Shown: piece after piece, positions 43,157 through 52,648 of the stretch
Position numbering within the stretch: the first letter of the stretch is position 1
Layout of the letters: every line of letters begins with the position of its first letter
DNA from: Bacteroidia bacterium
GTDB taxonomy: Bacteria > Bacteroidota > Bacteroidia > UKL13-3
Direction: 5' to 3'
NCBI GenBank assembly: GCA_041675505.1
Contig: JBAYTR010000005.1
Coordinates: 53,871-117,870 of the forward strand
Length of the DNA stretch: 64,000 bases
Notes under the pieces: model-generated
The model's database searches: none
Told to the model about the DNA's origin: nothing
The model's input: the letters and a program-made list of their open reading frames with translations, nothing else
Translations under genes and position numbers: made by a program

Positions 43157-45577
43157 TTAGATGGTCCGTCTAATTTCGGAAATTCTACGTTGAATACTCA
43201 ATAAAAATCCGATAATCATCACAATAGTACCGCCCCACAGGAAGTTGATGTAAGGAAATACAATGGCTTTCATGATGATGAAATTTTTGCGCGGACTACG
43301 TTCAGCAGTCTCTATCAGGATGTGTTCTGTTTTAGGGTCGATGTTCATAAAACGAAAACGCAGTCCGGTTTCATCGCTCACTTTTTCAATGCTTACTATG
43401 CCGTTACCCTCAATGGCGTAAACGGGTTCAACGGTGTAGGTACTGTCCAAGGTTACTATACGTATTTTTGCGGCTACGGCTAAATCAACATTAGCCAATT
43501 CAGGCGAACTGCTGCGGTCAACCTTGGTGTGTAATCCGTCAAAGTAAACCATGCCGTTGTTGGTACGTACACTGTCGCCTTGTTTCAACTCGTGTTTCTT
43601 TTCGTTGTGGAAAGGCGCATCATTTTCTTCGTTCTTCTTAGGAACTGAGCTTACATACGTGAACACATCATGCGATAAATAGTGTCGAGTATCCGGGTTG
43701 GCAATAAAGCCCATCTTCGGATTAATTTGTCCGTTGGGATAAAGCATAAAGGTGTTTTTTACATTCCCTTCTTTATCCAACTGTTCATAACGCACCTTGT
43801 AGTAAATATTTACCCACTTACTGGAGTCGCCTAAATAGGTTACCCGGTAGTTATTCATGTCAACAGGCTTACCTTGTTCCAGGTAAATATTTTCGTAATT
43901 CTCGCGCACGGTTTTCTGATCTTCACCATCAAAAAATGCTTGTCCGGTATTGTTGCGCGAAATCACATTTTTATTGGCTGAAGAAACCAATACACCTATG
44001 AGCATAAGCCCGAAACCGATGTGGGCCACAGATGCTCCCGATACTTTTATCTTGCCCTGAATAAACGGCCAGGCGGTTTTAAAGTTAACCACAATAGTGT
44101 AAACGGAGGCAAATAATAAAATGAAGTACAGCCAATTATTTAACCCGAACCACCAAAAAGCCATGCCGGTTAACACCAATGAAATACTTCCGAGCACAGC
44201 AGCCTCTTTCCAGAATTTTTTGCTGTCGGTTTTCAGGTACTTGAGTAATTGTGCTGTTGCAGTTAGCAAAGCAATCAGTATAGCGATGGGCAATTGCCAT
44301 TTGTTGTAGTGAGCAATTACATCAGTAGGAGGGGCCATGTTACTGCCAAATACTTTATTGATAACGGGCAGGGAAGTGGTAAGTATAATTTGGAAGGCAG
44401 ATACAATTAATACCAATGCACCTATGAACATCCAGAACTCACGTGAGTAAGCATTTTCTTCTAAGGGAGTTGTAGGGATTTTTTTCCAGTGTACCACCAT
44501 AAGCACTATGGCCAATACAAGGAACATAAGCAGAAATACCAGTAGTTGTCCGCTCATACCTAAGTCGGTAAAGGAGTGTACAGAGGAGTTGCCCAAAATA
44601 CCGCTGCGGGTTAAGAACGTAGCATACAGCACCAATACAAAACTGGTAATCACCATAAGGTAACTGAAGTGCAGGGCCGTTTTGCGCGCTTTGTAGATGA
44701 GCATGGTATGTACCGCACCAATAAGAATTAACCAGGGGATAAGTGAGGCATTTTCTACGGGGTCCCAGGCCCAGTAACCGCCAAAACTCAATGATTCATA
44801 GGCCCAGAAACCGCCCATAATAATGCCGGTTCCCAATACCATTACTCCAATGAGTGCCCAAGGCAAAGCAGGCTTAATCCATTCGGTATATTTTTTCTGC
44901 ATCAAGGCTGCCATGGCATACGCAAACGGAACAATGGTACAGGCAAAACCAAAGAACAAGGTAGGCGGATGAATTACCATCCAGTAATTTTGTAACAGCG
45001 GATTTAAACCATTGCCGTCTTTAATGCGGGTAAGGTAATCGGGCATGCTGAAAACAGGGCCGCTTTCATTTACTATCCGCATCAGTTCAAACGGACTGCT
45101 GCCTAATTTGTAGCCGAAAACTTTAACTCCGATAAGCATGGAGGTAAGTGCAATTTGCGAAAGGCTGAGCACAAACATGACGGGGTATTTCCATTCTTTG
45201 GCAGTAAAGAGCAGAATTAATCCCAGTACCATGTGCCAGAAAATCCACAGCAGAAAACTTCCTTCCTGACCTTCCCAAAAGCAGGAAATCATATAATACC
45301 AAGGCAAGTCGGTTGACGAGTGCTGCCAGGCATACTGGTACTCGAAGTAGTGGCTGTAAATTATATAGAACAGGGAAGCTACAATGCTCAGCACAGCGGC
45401 TGCGTGTAGGTAAAAACCAATTACGGCAGATTTACCCCAACCGGTTTCATCGGGTGAGCGAAAGGCTTTGAAAAAAGCGGCACTGCTGAATATGGCTGTG
45501 GCAAAGGCGAGAACTACTGAGAAATGACCCAGATTTCCGGGTAACAAATGTTCTCCTTCAAAAATAATTTCCTGCAT
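43157..45577 (-). CDS. ccmF: Cytochrome c-type biogenesis protein CcmF-like (heme lyase, WWD family)
   Basis: The 806-aa polytopic protein has a WWD motif ('GGYWAWDPVENASLIPW') and conserved His residues flanking it. Confidence 0.75.
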   Translation of the reverse strand: MQEIIFEGEHLLPGNLGHFSVVLAFATAIFSSAAFFKAFRSPDETGWGKSAVIGFYLHAAAVLSIVASLFYIIYSHYFEYQYAWQHSSTDLPWYYMISCFWEGQEGSFLLWIFWHMVLGLILLFTAKEWKYPVMFVLSLSQIALTSMLIGVKVFGYKLGSSPFELMRIVNESGPVFSMPDYLTRIKDGNGLNPLLQNYWMVIHPPTLFFGFACTIVPFAYAMAALMQKKYTEWIKPALPWALIGVMVLGTGIIMGGFWAYESLSFGGYWAWDPVENASLIPWLILIGAVHTMLIYKARKTALHFSYLMVITSFVLVLYATFLTRSGILGNSSVHSFTDLGMSGQLLVFLLMFLVLAIVLMVVHWKKIPTTPLEENAYSREFWMFIGALVLIVSAFQIILTTSLPVINKVFGSNMAPPTDVIAHYNKWQLPIAILIALLTATAQLLKYLKTDSKKFWKEAAVLGSISLVLTGMAFWWFGLNNWLYFILLFASVYTIVVNFKTAWPFIQGKIKVSGASVAHIGFGLMLIGVLVSSANKNVISRNNTGQAFFDGEDQKTVRENYENIYLEQGKPVDMNNYRVTYLGDSSKWVNIYYKVRYEQLDKEGNVKNTFMLYPNGQINPKMGFIANPDTRHYLSHDVFTYVSSVPKKNEENDAPFHNEKKHELKQGDSVRTNNGMVYFDGLHTKVDRSSSPELANVDLAVAAKIRIVTLDSTYTVEPVYAIEGNGIVSIEKVSDETGLRFRFMNIDPKTEHILIETAERSPRKNFIIMKAIVFPYINFLWGGTIVMIIGFLLSIQRRISEIRRTI

Positions 45578-45586
45578 GTTCGGGGT

Positions 45587-45979
45587 CTAAAGTTCTCCGG
45601 GTTTTTGTCCTTCCGTGTATTTAGACGGGCATTTCAAAAGTATTTGTGAGGCTTCGAATTCGTCTTTGTTCAGGGCTTTGCCCACGATCACAATTTTTTC
45701 AGAACGTTCGAAATCCTGCGGTTTGGTGTTGTGGTATATCACTTTCATTTCCATGCCTAAACTATCCTGCATATAAAAACTGAAGTGATTTGCGTCTTTT
45801 TCGGGATTATATTCCAGCGGTTTATCGCGGTTAAGTGTGCCAATAACGTGGTATTCTGAGCCCATGTTTTCCACTGCTGTATCAAAGGCTACGTAAGTGC
45901 TGCTGTCTCCATAAGTACTTACAATGGCACCAATAGCAGCGGCAATAAGAACAATGGCAATAATGTATTTGAGCTTCAT
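45587..45979 (-). CDS. ccmE: Heme chaperone CcmE, CxxxY variant
   Basis: N-terminal anchor plus OB-fold. The C-terminal 'ILLKCPSKYTEGQ' aligns with the canonical 'VLAKHDENYTPPE', so the heme-binding His is replaced by Cys. Confidence 0.65.
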   Translation of the reverse strand: MKLKYIIAIVLIAAAIGAIVSTYGDSSTYVAFDTAVENMGSEYHVIGTLNRDKPLEYNPEKDANHFSFYMQDSLGMEMKVIYHNTKPQDFERSEKIVIVGKALNKDEFEASQILLKCPSKYTEGQKPGEL

Positions 45980-46000
45980 CGTATATTTTCTGTTGTCTGA

Positions 46001-46225
46001 TTAACTTTTACCTGTAGGAATTTGTTTTTCGATGCGCCCCACTTTTCGGTCAATAAAAAGCAGGTACACCACAATGCCGGTAAAAATTACAGCAATTACA
46101 GCAACCACCACCATCAGCTTGTTGTCAGAACCTTCAGCTTCAGCGGCTGCACTGCCGGTAACAGATAATATATCCAGATTTGGAATGTGAAACAGACTTA
46201 AAAAAAATGCGATCACTGCTTTCAT
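46001..46225 (-). CDS. CcmD-like small membrane protein
   Basis: 74 aa with a single TM helix. Sits between ccmC and ccmE. Confidence 0.45.
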   Translation of the reverse strand: MKAVIAFFLSLFHIPNLDILSVTGSAAAEAEGSDNKLMVVVAVIAVIFTGIVVYLLFIDRKVGRIEKQIPTGKS

Positions 46226-46227
46226 AA

Positions 46228-46902
46228 TCAGTTGTCGTTTAACGTTTGTTCAATCTTTTTAATTCGAACGCGAATTGTCGCAATCCACGTGCCAAGAAGC
46301 GTCCATCCGAGCACTGCGGGATAAAAAACCATACGCATGTTGCTGTCTAAATCGTATTGGTTAAATCCCGGGTTTCCTCCGTTGCCGGGGTGAAGTGAAG
46401 CGGTAAGCCTCGGTAATACAAATATCAACACCACAAAAACGGGGAATGCAAATATATTGTAAACGGCTGAAATTCTTGCTCTTTTTTCCACATCTTCTAA
46501 AGCATCTCTCAACACTGTGTAAGCTAAATAAATCAGCATGCCAATGGCCGCGCTGTTCAGCTTGGGGTCATTGGTCCACCAGGTGCCCCAGGTATTTTGG
46601 GCCCAAATCATACCGGTGAGTAAACCCAACACTCCGAAAAATATCCCTGAAAAGGCCAGTTGTGAAGCAATAATGTCGTATTGACGCTGGTTGGTGCTCA
46701 GGTAAACAATGCTGTAAACGGTAGAGGCCAGCAGCAGCAGTAACATACTGAACCACATGGGCACATGAAAATACAGGTTACGGATGGACTCTTCCAGAAT
46801 GGGTAAATGGGGCACCGGACCCGTAAGTCCTTGAAAGATGGTGTAGTAGAGTAAAACCACACACAGTATTTTCCACCAGTGTTTAGCCATAAAGCGGTGC
46901 AA
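46228..46902 (-). CDS. ccmC: Heme exporter protein CcmC
   Basis: The 224-aa protein has six TM helices and the WWD-like 'WAQNTWGTWWTNDPKLN'. Confidence 0.65.
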   Translation of the reverse strand: MHRFMAKHWWKILCVVLLYYTIFQGLTGPVPHLPILEESIRNLYFHVPMWFSMLLLLLASTVYSIVYLSTNQRQYDIIASQLAFSGIFFGVLGLLTGMIWAQNTWGTWWTNDPKLNSAAIGMLIYLAYTVLRDALEDVEKRARISAVYNIFAFPVFVVLIFVLPRLTASLHPGNGGNPGFNQYDLDSNMRMVFYPAVLGWTLLGTWIATIRVRIKKIEQTLNDN

Positions 46903-47037
46903 AGTTAGCCAATGCAGCTAAGTATGGAAATGAAAAGAGGAAATTAATTTTTAATGCGAAGCGGAGCTCAGTGCAGCTGATTCTTAATGAATACTCAATC
47001 ATTCAACATTAAGAATTAATCACTCAACATTAGCCCC

Positions 47038-47697
47038 TCAGTCTTTCCATATAAAAGGAAACAGGATGTAAGCCAGAACCGCGATAATGAGGTTGATGAG
47101 CAGTATAACAGAAAAATCCTGGTAGAAGGTAGTATAGTCCAATCCGTCAACGGCTTTTTTTGCTACTTTAATGGTGACCAGCAACAACGGAATGATTACC
47201 GGAAAACTCAGAATGGGCATAAGCACGTGGCTGTTGTTGGCCTTGGAAGCAATGGCCGAAACCATAGTAAAACAAGCGGCCAGCCCCATACTTCCCAGGG
47301 TTGCTGTAAGGGTAAAGGCCCACATGTTCTGAATAATGTTGCCGATAAGGGTGCAATACACCAGCAAACACAACAGGCTCAGCACAAGCATGAGCAGTGT
47401 GTTGTAAATCATTTTGGAAAGTATGATGCCTTGCGCACTGGCAATGGTGTAATAATACAACATGCGTCCGCGGCTTTCTCCGATAAAAGATTTGGCCACG
47501 GCACTCACACTACTGAACAGCATGATAATCCAAAACAGCGCGTTCCAACTGGCGGGATTGACTACATGAAAAGAAAGGAAAGCCACAAATACAGAAGATA
47601 TTACGTAGAGCAACATCCCGTTAATGGCATAACGCTGTCTCCACTCGGTGAGTAGTTCCTTCTTCAGCAATACGCTTACTTCATGCTTTAAAGTCAT
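47038..47697 (-). CDS. ccmB: Heme exporter permease CcmB
   Basis: The 219-aa polytopic protein sits at the head of the ccm cluster. Its length and topology are CcmB-like. No ccmA is adjacent. Confidence 0.55.
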   Translation of the reverse strand: MTLKHEVSVLLKKELLTEWRQRYAINGMLLYVISSVFVAFLSFHVVNPASWNALFWIIMLFSSVSAVAKSFIGESRGRMLYYYTIASAQGIILSKMIYNTLLMLVLSLLCLLVYCTLIGNIIQNMWAFTLTATLGSMGLAACFTMVSAIASKANNSHVLMPILSFPVIIPLLLVTIKVAKKAVDGLDYTTFYQDFSVILLINLIIAVLAYILFPFIWKD

Positions 47698-47699
47698 GG

Positions 47700-48140
47700 G
47701 GCGAAATTACAACTTTTGCGCTTCGCTTAATTTTGAATTTTTAATGCTTAATTCTTAATGGGGTGCTTTTGGGTGTTTAAGTGGGTAAGTGTTTAGGTGT
47801 TTATGGGCAGGCTTTATTTAAGCCACAGATTTCACAGATAAGAAAATTAATCAGTGTAATCAGTGGCAGAAACGCTTTGCTTAATTTTGAATTACCCTTC
47901 TTCCGTTAAATGTGATATAATCTGCGTGAATCTGAGGAATCAGTGGCAGTCCTGTGCTTCGCTTAATTTTGAATTTTTAATGAAATGTCTTCCACTAAAT
48001 GTGATTTAATCTGCGTTAATCTGCGAACCGTAAGCTCAGCGAAGCTAAATTAGCGGCAAGAAACGCTTCGCTTAATGTTTAATGAGGGCTTCTGGTAAAT
48101 GTGATATAATTTGTGAAATCAGTGTTAATCAGTGGCAGTT
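47700..48140. repeat. Four degenerate tandem units (~80-110 bp each). Each begins '(aa)acgctt(c/t)gcttaatt(t)tgaat...', contains 'taaatgtgat(a/t)taat(c/t)tg', and ends 'aatcagtggcag'
   Basis: Visible by eye. Unit boundaries are roughly 47720-47869, 47870-47949, 47950-48057 and 48058-48139. Confidence 0.7.
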
Positions 48141-48162
48141 TATCGGTAGTGTGAACAGAACC

Positions 48163-48855
48163 CTACTGCTTTGGTGCAGGAACCGGTTGGCATTCTATAG
48201 TGAGTTGTTTTACCCATTGCTTTTTCTTTTCGTCCCAGTATTCTTTCTCTGTGGGTGTGAGGTGCTCCATGGGCATTTGAGTATCCACTTTAGTTAAAGG
48301 TTGATTGGTACTGCTGAAGGTAATTTCAGTTTCATACCAATACCTGCTGGCTCCCGGATTCATACTGGTGTTGGCACTTTCTACCGAACCGTTGGGGCGG
48401 TGTTTCAGTATGGTGATGATGGAGTAGGAGAAGTGCTTGTCTTCGAAGGTATAGGTAAGCTGTCCGTTCATATCAAAGAGCTGAATGGTGCGCTGGTCAT
48501 TTTTCCACGGACTGGTTTTTACGGATATTTTTTTGCTGTTGCTGTAGTAAACGTATTGCGTGTCGGTGGGCATTTTGTAAACCGGAGTTTTTACAGGTTT
48601 TTTCTCGGGAGTTTTTTTGACAGGGTTGGGAGTTGTAATTTTTTTGATTGGTTGAGGTGTTGTTTTCTTTAGCTGTTGAACAGTATCGGTGTGTTCGATT
48701 ACTACCTGCCTTTTATGTACCTGAACAGTTTCAGTTTCGTATACGATCACCTTTTTTCTATGGTACACGGTATCGGTATCCTGTGTTGTGCCGTTGTTTT
48801 CAGGTGTACAACCCCAGATAAGCGCCATGATCAAAATTGGTAAGATGATTCGCAT
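48163..48855 (-). CDS. Hypothetical lipoprotein with a K/P-rich linker
   Basis: Lipobox 'LIWGC'. Low-complexity 'TPQPIKKITTPNPVKKTPEKKPVKTPV'. Confidence 0.5.
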   Translation of the reverse strand: MRIILPILIMALIWGCTPENNGTTQDTDTVYHRKKVIVYETETVQVHKRQVVIEHTDTVQQLKKTTPQPIKKITTPNPVKKTPEKKPVKTPVYKMPTDTQYVYYSNSKKISVKTSPWKNDQRTIQLFDMNGQLTYTFEDKHFSYSIITILKHRPNGSVESANTSMNPGASRYWYETEITFSSTNQPLTKVDTQMPMEHLTPTEKEYWDEKKKQWVKQLTIECQPVPAPKQ

Positions 48856-48885
48856 GTGACTCTCTTAGCTAAAATGATTCCAAAA

Positions 48886-49959
48886 TTACGGAGTATTGTT
48901 TTTCAGGTCAGCCGGACTATCCACACTTTTTATGGCACGTGAGTCGGGGGCGAAAATATATTTGGTGCGAATGGTTTGCAAAAAATGTCGGAGAGAGGTT
49001 TGGCCGCTGTTAAAATATTCCCGCATTTTGATGGCCGTTTGCGGTTCGTATATGGCCAGTAAAGGTTCTGCAAAACCGTCTTCGTTTTTAAAACAAATGG
49101 CATCATATTCTGCTTCCCGTGCTTCGATGAGCGCTTGTATATCAGCCGAGGTGAGGAATGGGTAATCACAACCCGCAACCAGTAAAGCCTGATTGTGGTT
49201 CTGCTGAAAAACACTGAGCACACCCGTCATTGGGCCTGCACCGGCAAAGGTGGTTTCATCAGGTATTACTACCGCATTGGTTGCTAGCTTTTCTTTTTGT
49301 TCAGCATTGCAGGAAATAACTACATCGTTACACAACGGAAACAATAGTTGTTGAACATGGTACACCTGTTCTGTTTGGTGGTATTTGATAAAGGCTTTAT
49401 CGGTTCCCATGCGGGTGCTTTGACCTCCGCACAACACTACTCCCGTAAGCGATGCAGGAGAATAAGCCTCATTCAGGAAATACTCTTTAGGTAGTAACGT
49501 GGCCACGGGAATATCATAATGTTGCAAGGCTTCCTGTAATAAATAATCTCGGATGATGAGCAACAGTTTAGTGCTTGTAGTGTGTTGTTTGAAATGTTCA
49601 ATTACACTGGTAATGGCCGGTTCCAAACCTTCTTTACGGTCCATTTCCAAACGGCCTATTTCATCCACTACTATCCAATCGAAATTTTTATTTAGTGCGC
49701 TGGTAAGTGTTTCCTGAGCCAGAGCAAACACATTTTTATCAAATACAAACCTGCCTATTTCAACGCCTTTCTCACCCGTTGTCAGTTGCAGGTTGTGGTA
49801 GGTTTTTTCTTGAATCAGGTACAGTTTGCGTTGTCCGTTTACATCCGGTGTAAGTATTCCTCCTGAATTTTGTTGTGCAGGCAGAGACAGCCAATTCATC
49901 AGCAAAGTAGTTTTGCCGGTTTGTATGGGTTCACTTAATATGTAAATGTCATTCTGCAT
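48886..49959 (-). CDS. Fusion protein: MobB-like P-loop NTPase (N-terminal) plus MobA-like molybdenum-cofactor guanylyltransferase or NTP-transferase (C-terminal)
   Basis: N-domain: 'QTGKTTLLMNWL' (compare MobB 'GTGKTTLLKKLI') and Walker-B-like 'WIVVDEIGRLE'. C-domain: 'VVLCGGQSTRMGTDKAFI', the MobA signature. Confidence 0.6.
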   Translation of the reverse strand: MQNDIYILSEPIQTGKTTLLMNWLSLPAQQNSGGILTPDVNGQRKLYLIQEKTYHNLQLTTGEKGVEIGRFVFDKNVFALAQETLTSALNKNFDWIVVDEIGRLEMDRKEGLEPAITSVIEHFKQHTTSTKLLLIIRDYLLQEALQHYDIPVATLLPKEYFLNEAYSPASLTGVVLCGGQSTRMGTDKAFIKYHQTEQVYHVQQLLFPLCNDVVISCNAEQKEKLATNAVVIPDETTFAGAGPMTGVLSVFQQNHNQALLVAGCDYPFLTSADIQALIEAREAEYDAICFKNEDGFAEPLLAIYEPQTAIKMREYFNSGQTSLRHFLQTIRTKYIFAPDSRAIKSVDSPADLKNNTP

Positions 49960-51034
49960 CGGCAGTACTGCTGTGGTACAAGGCCAGCACAATCAGGTTC
50001 ACCACAAAGGCTCTGTAAACGGCCAAACCTTTGTGTTCCTGTTTGGCCAGTTGCATGGCAGGGGCAAGCAGGTTACGAAGCTCAGGTAGCATATCCAGCA
50101 GGGTTTGCATCTTGGCTTTTTCACTCCCTTCTTTTTTGCCGGCCCACTTTTGCAGCAACCATTTTATCAGCGGGTTTATCAGGTAGAACAGCAACAGCAA
50201 GGCAGCCAACGTACGCAATATGGCATAGGTAGCTTTACTGCCGGCACCTTGTATCAGAAACACACCTACCACAAACAGTAGTATAAAAAATGCACTGAAC
50301 AGTTTTTTGAAACGTTTATTCTTTTTCTTTTCCTGTTGTTCCTCTTCAGGTGAAATAGTGAGGGCTTCATACTGCTGTAAAATTTCCATCTGCTGTACTT
50401 CCAGTTGTTGGGGCAGTTTGCCGGCCCACCAACCCAGCACCATTCCCCACAAAGTGTAGATGCCCGTGTAAACCGCAATGAGCCAAAAGCTGAAAGAGAA
50501 GTCGGATGACAGCGAGAGGTCTTTTGCTATTCCCTGGAAAAAAAGATCCAAAGCTTCCCACAATGATTTTCCGAAAATGAGTGTCATCACCAGAAATTTT
50601 TGAATGGCTGATTCAAACAATGCGAGCATTCCAAACAACACTGCAGCTAAACGAAATGCGGGCAGGGTTGAATACACCACTGCACCCATCAATCCCTGAA
50701 AGCCTACTGCAATGTAGGCCGGTGGTGGAGAGTGCGGACTGGCTGCGGCTTTAATCAACACCACCAATATCGTGGCCTGCAAAATATCTTTCCACCTGTT
50801 TTGTGAAAAATGTGCGATAAGGGTAATCACCACAATGGCAAAACCACCCAGAAAAAAACCGGTGAAAGGAATTTTGAGTGCATGCATCATGCCTCCCAGT
50901 CCGCTTTCAGAAAGCGCCCACAGGGCGGTGAGGCGGGTAATGGTGTTGCGGTTGTATTCTGTAGAAATGCTCATTTTGATTGCAAAGTAAGCACTCGCAT
51001 GATAAAAATCATCCACAAGGTTGACGATTGTCAT
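49949..51034 (-). CDS. Polytopic membrane protein of unknown function, likely co-transcribed with the MobB-MobA fusion
   Basis: Multiple hydrophobic helices and a charged central loop 'EEEQQEKKKNKRFKK'. The start is uncertain; it may be the internal Met near 50974. Confidence 0.5.
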   Translation of the reverse strand: MTIVNLVDDFYHASAYFAIKMSISTEYNRNTITRLTALWALSESGLGGMMHALKIPFTGFFLGGFAIVVITLIAHFSQNRWKDILQATILVVLIKAAASPHSPPPAYIAVGFQGLMGAVVYSTLPAFRLAAVLFGMLALFESAIQKFLVMTLIFGKSLWEALDLFFQGIAKDLSLSSDFSFSFWLIAVYTGIYTLWGMVLGWWAGKLPQQLEVQQMEILQQYEALTISPEEEQQEKKKNKRFKKLFSAFFILLFVVGVFLIQGAGSKATYAILRTLAALLLLFYLINPLIKWLLQKWAGKKEGSEKAKMQTLLDMLPELRNLLAPAMQLAKQEHKGLAVYRAFVVNLIVLALYHSSTADAE

Positions 51035-51085
51035 ATTAGCGGGGATTTTATAAGCTCACCTTTGTGAGGTAAAATAATTATATCT

Positions 51086-51475
51086 ATGACCGCACAAGCT
51101 AAAGAAAGTATCAAATTACTTCATTTCGAACACCGCGAATGGCTCAACCGTTTTGAATTCTATAAAAATGAATTCAGCAATTATGAGCGTCTGTTAGGTG
51201 AAGTAGCAGTTAAGAACACCTCGCATGAAATCACCCCTCAGGTAGAGCATTTCCAAAATCAGTTTGTGCTGCAAAGAGAGAAACTCGATGTGTTAAAACA
51301 CAACGTAAAACAATCAGAGCATGCCATTGAAGAGCGTATGAAAGATAATGCTACAGCTTGGGACCACCAATCCATGCCGGCTGAAACAGAACTGCGCAAC
51401 AAGGTGCTGGCTTTTGACGACATGTTCAATGAACTAAAAGCAGAGTTCAGGACTTTTTTGCAAAAGGTGCTTTAA
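51086..51475 (+). CDS. Hypothetical helical protein (129 aa)
   Basis: No known motif. It is followed by a clear terminator. Confidence 0.5.
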   Translation: MTAQAKESIKLLHFEHREWLNRFEFYKNEFSNYERLLGEVAVKNTSHEITPQVEHFQNQFVLQREKLDVLKHNVKQSEHAIEERMKDNATAWDHQSMPAETELRNKVLAFDDMFNELKAEFRTFLQKVL

Positions 51476-51527
51476 ACCTGTAATGAGTTAGCAAAATAAA
51501 TTTCATATAAGCGTAATAAGTGGAACT

Positions 51528-51551
51528 GTCCCGCACTGTGCGGGACTTTTT
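51528..51551 (+). terminator. Intrinsic terminator 'gtcccgcactgtgcgggac' plus T5
   Basis: Read directly in the sequence. Confidence 0.7.
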
Positions 51552-52561
51552 CATTTTATATAGTTCTGCAACGCAGCTTCCAGTTCCTGCTGTATCTTGT
51601 TTTTGAGGTGAGCGGGTGAGTGTACCTTAATCTTTGACCCGAAGCTGAGCAACTGGGCCACCAGTTCATAACTTTCTATCACCTCAATTTCAAACTTACA
51701 GGCTTTGCTCGTTTCGCTCACAATGCGTTGTGAATGGTGCAGCGGCTGACTTTTTACATACATGGCCTCGCTGGCAGGGAGTGTAAATGTAACTTTGGCC
51801 GGTTGCAGGTTATTGGGTACCGAGATACCAAAGGCGTGTGCAAAATATTCACGGGTATTAAAACTACTCTCCCTGCTAAATTTTTCCTCTTTCAACTCCA
51901 GCGACTGAATGCGATCAAGCGCAAAAGTGGTAATCTGTTTTTTATCGGGGTGATAGCCCAGCACGTACCAGCGGTTGCGGTATTCCTTTAAAAGATAGGG
52001 GTGAAGGTGGTGTTGTTTTGCTGCATCGGGTTCAAAACGTTGGTACATCAATGTCACCACTTTGCGTTCGCGAATGGCTTGCAATAAAACACCCAGGTAT
52101 TCATTCCCGGTTTGTACCCAACCTTTTTCTACCTGCACGTAATCGTCCAATTTTTCATCTCCCAGGTAATCGTGCAGGTTAATAAGCTCCTCTATTTTTT
52201 GTACCGCACCGGCAAAAGATTGCACCGGTTGCAGCCCGTCAAACTGCCGCATCAGTTGTTTGGCAAAGTCCAGCGCATAAAGTTCTTCCTCACGCAAGGG
52301 CATTTTGTTAATGCTGTAATGCTGGTCGCTGTAGCAGTAGCCATTGTACCTGCGTTCATAAACAATGGGAGCCAGGTAGCCCAGTTCTTCATTGTTTTTC
52401 ATTTCCTCCAAATCCTTTTCAATGGTACGTAAGGACACTTTACCTACCACTTCGGTGCAGGCTTCTATCAGGTCTTCTTTACTGGGATAAGGCTTTTGCT
52501 TGTTGCGCAAACACTGGTCAATAATGCGGAAACGGATATAAGCACTCTTATTTATTGGCAT
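51551..52561 (-). CDS. WYL-domain transcriptional regulator (N-terminal HTH, central WYL, C-terminal extension)
   Basis: 'KVVTLMYQRFEPDAAKQHHLHPYLLKEYRNRWYVLGY' fits the WYL domain. The N-terminal 'SAYIRFRIIDQCLRN...SLRTIEKDLEEM' is an HTH. The start is trimmed to the internal Met. Confidence 0.7.
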   Translation of the reverse strand: MPINKSAYIRFRIIDQCLRNKQKPYPSKEDLIEACTEVVGKVSLRTIEKDLEEMKNNEELGYLAPIVYERRYNGYCYSDQHYSINKMPLREEELYALDFAKQLMRQFDGLQPVQSFAGAVQKIEELINLHDYLGDEKLDDYVQVEKGWVQTGNEYLGVLLQAIRERKVVTLMYQRFEPDAAKQHHLHPYLLKEYRNRWYVLGYHPDKKQITTFALDRIQSLELKEEKFSRESSFNTREYFAHAFGISVPNNLQPAKVTFTLPASEAMYVKSQPLHHSQRIVSETSKACKFEIEVIESYELVAQLLSFGSKIKVHSPAHLKNKIQQELEAALQNYIK

Positions 52562-52648
52562 GTGGTAAAAATAATTTAAAAAAAATATTTCCCCGCATAT
52601 AGGCTGCGGTGAACCCCATTTTGTTTGTATCATCAAATAACAACAAGT

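Noticed and set aside
47700-48140. Possible CRISPR array
   Set aside because: The units are 80-110 bp and degenerate, with no short repeats of constant length separated by unique spacers. No cas genes are nearby.
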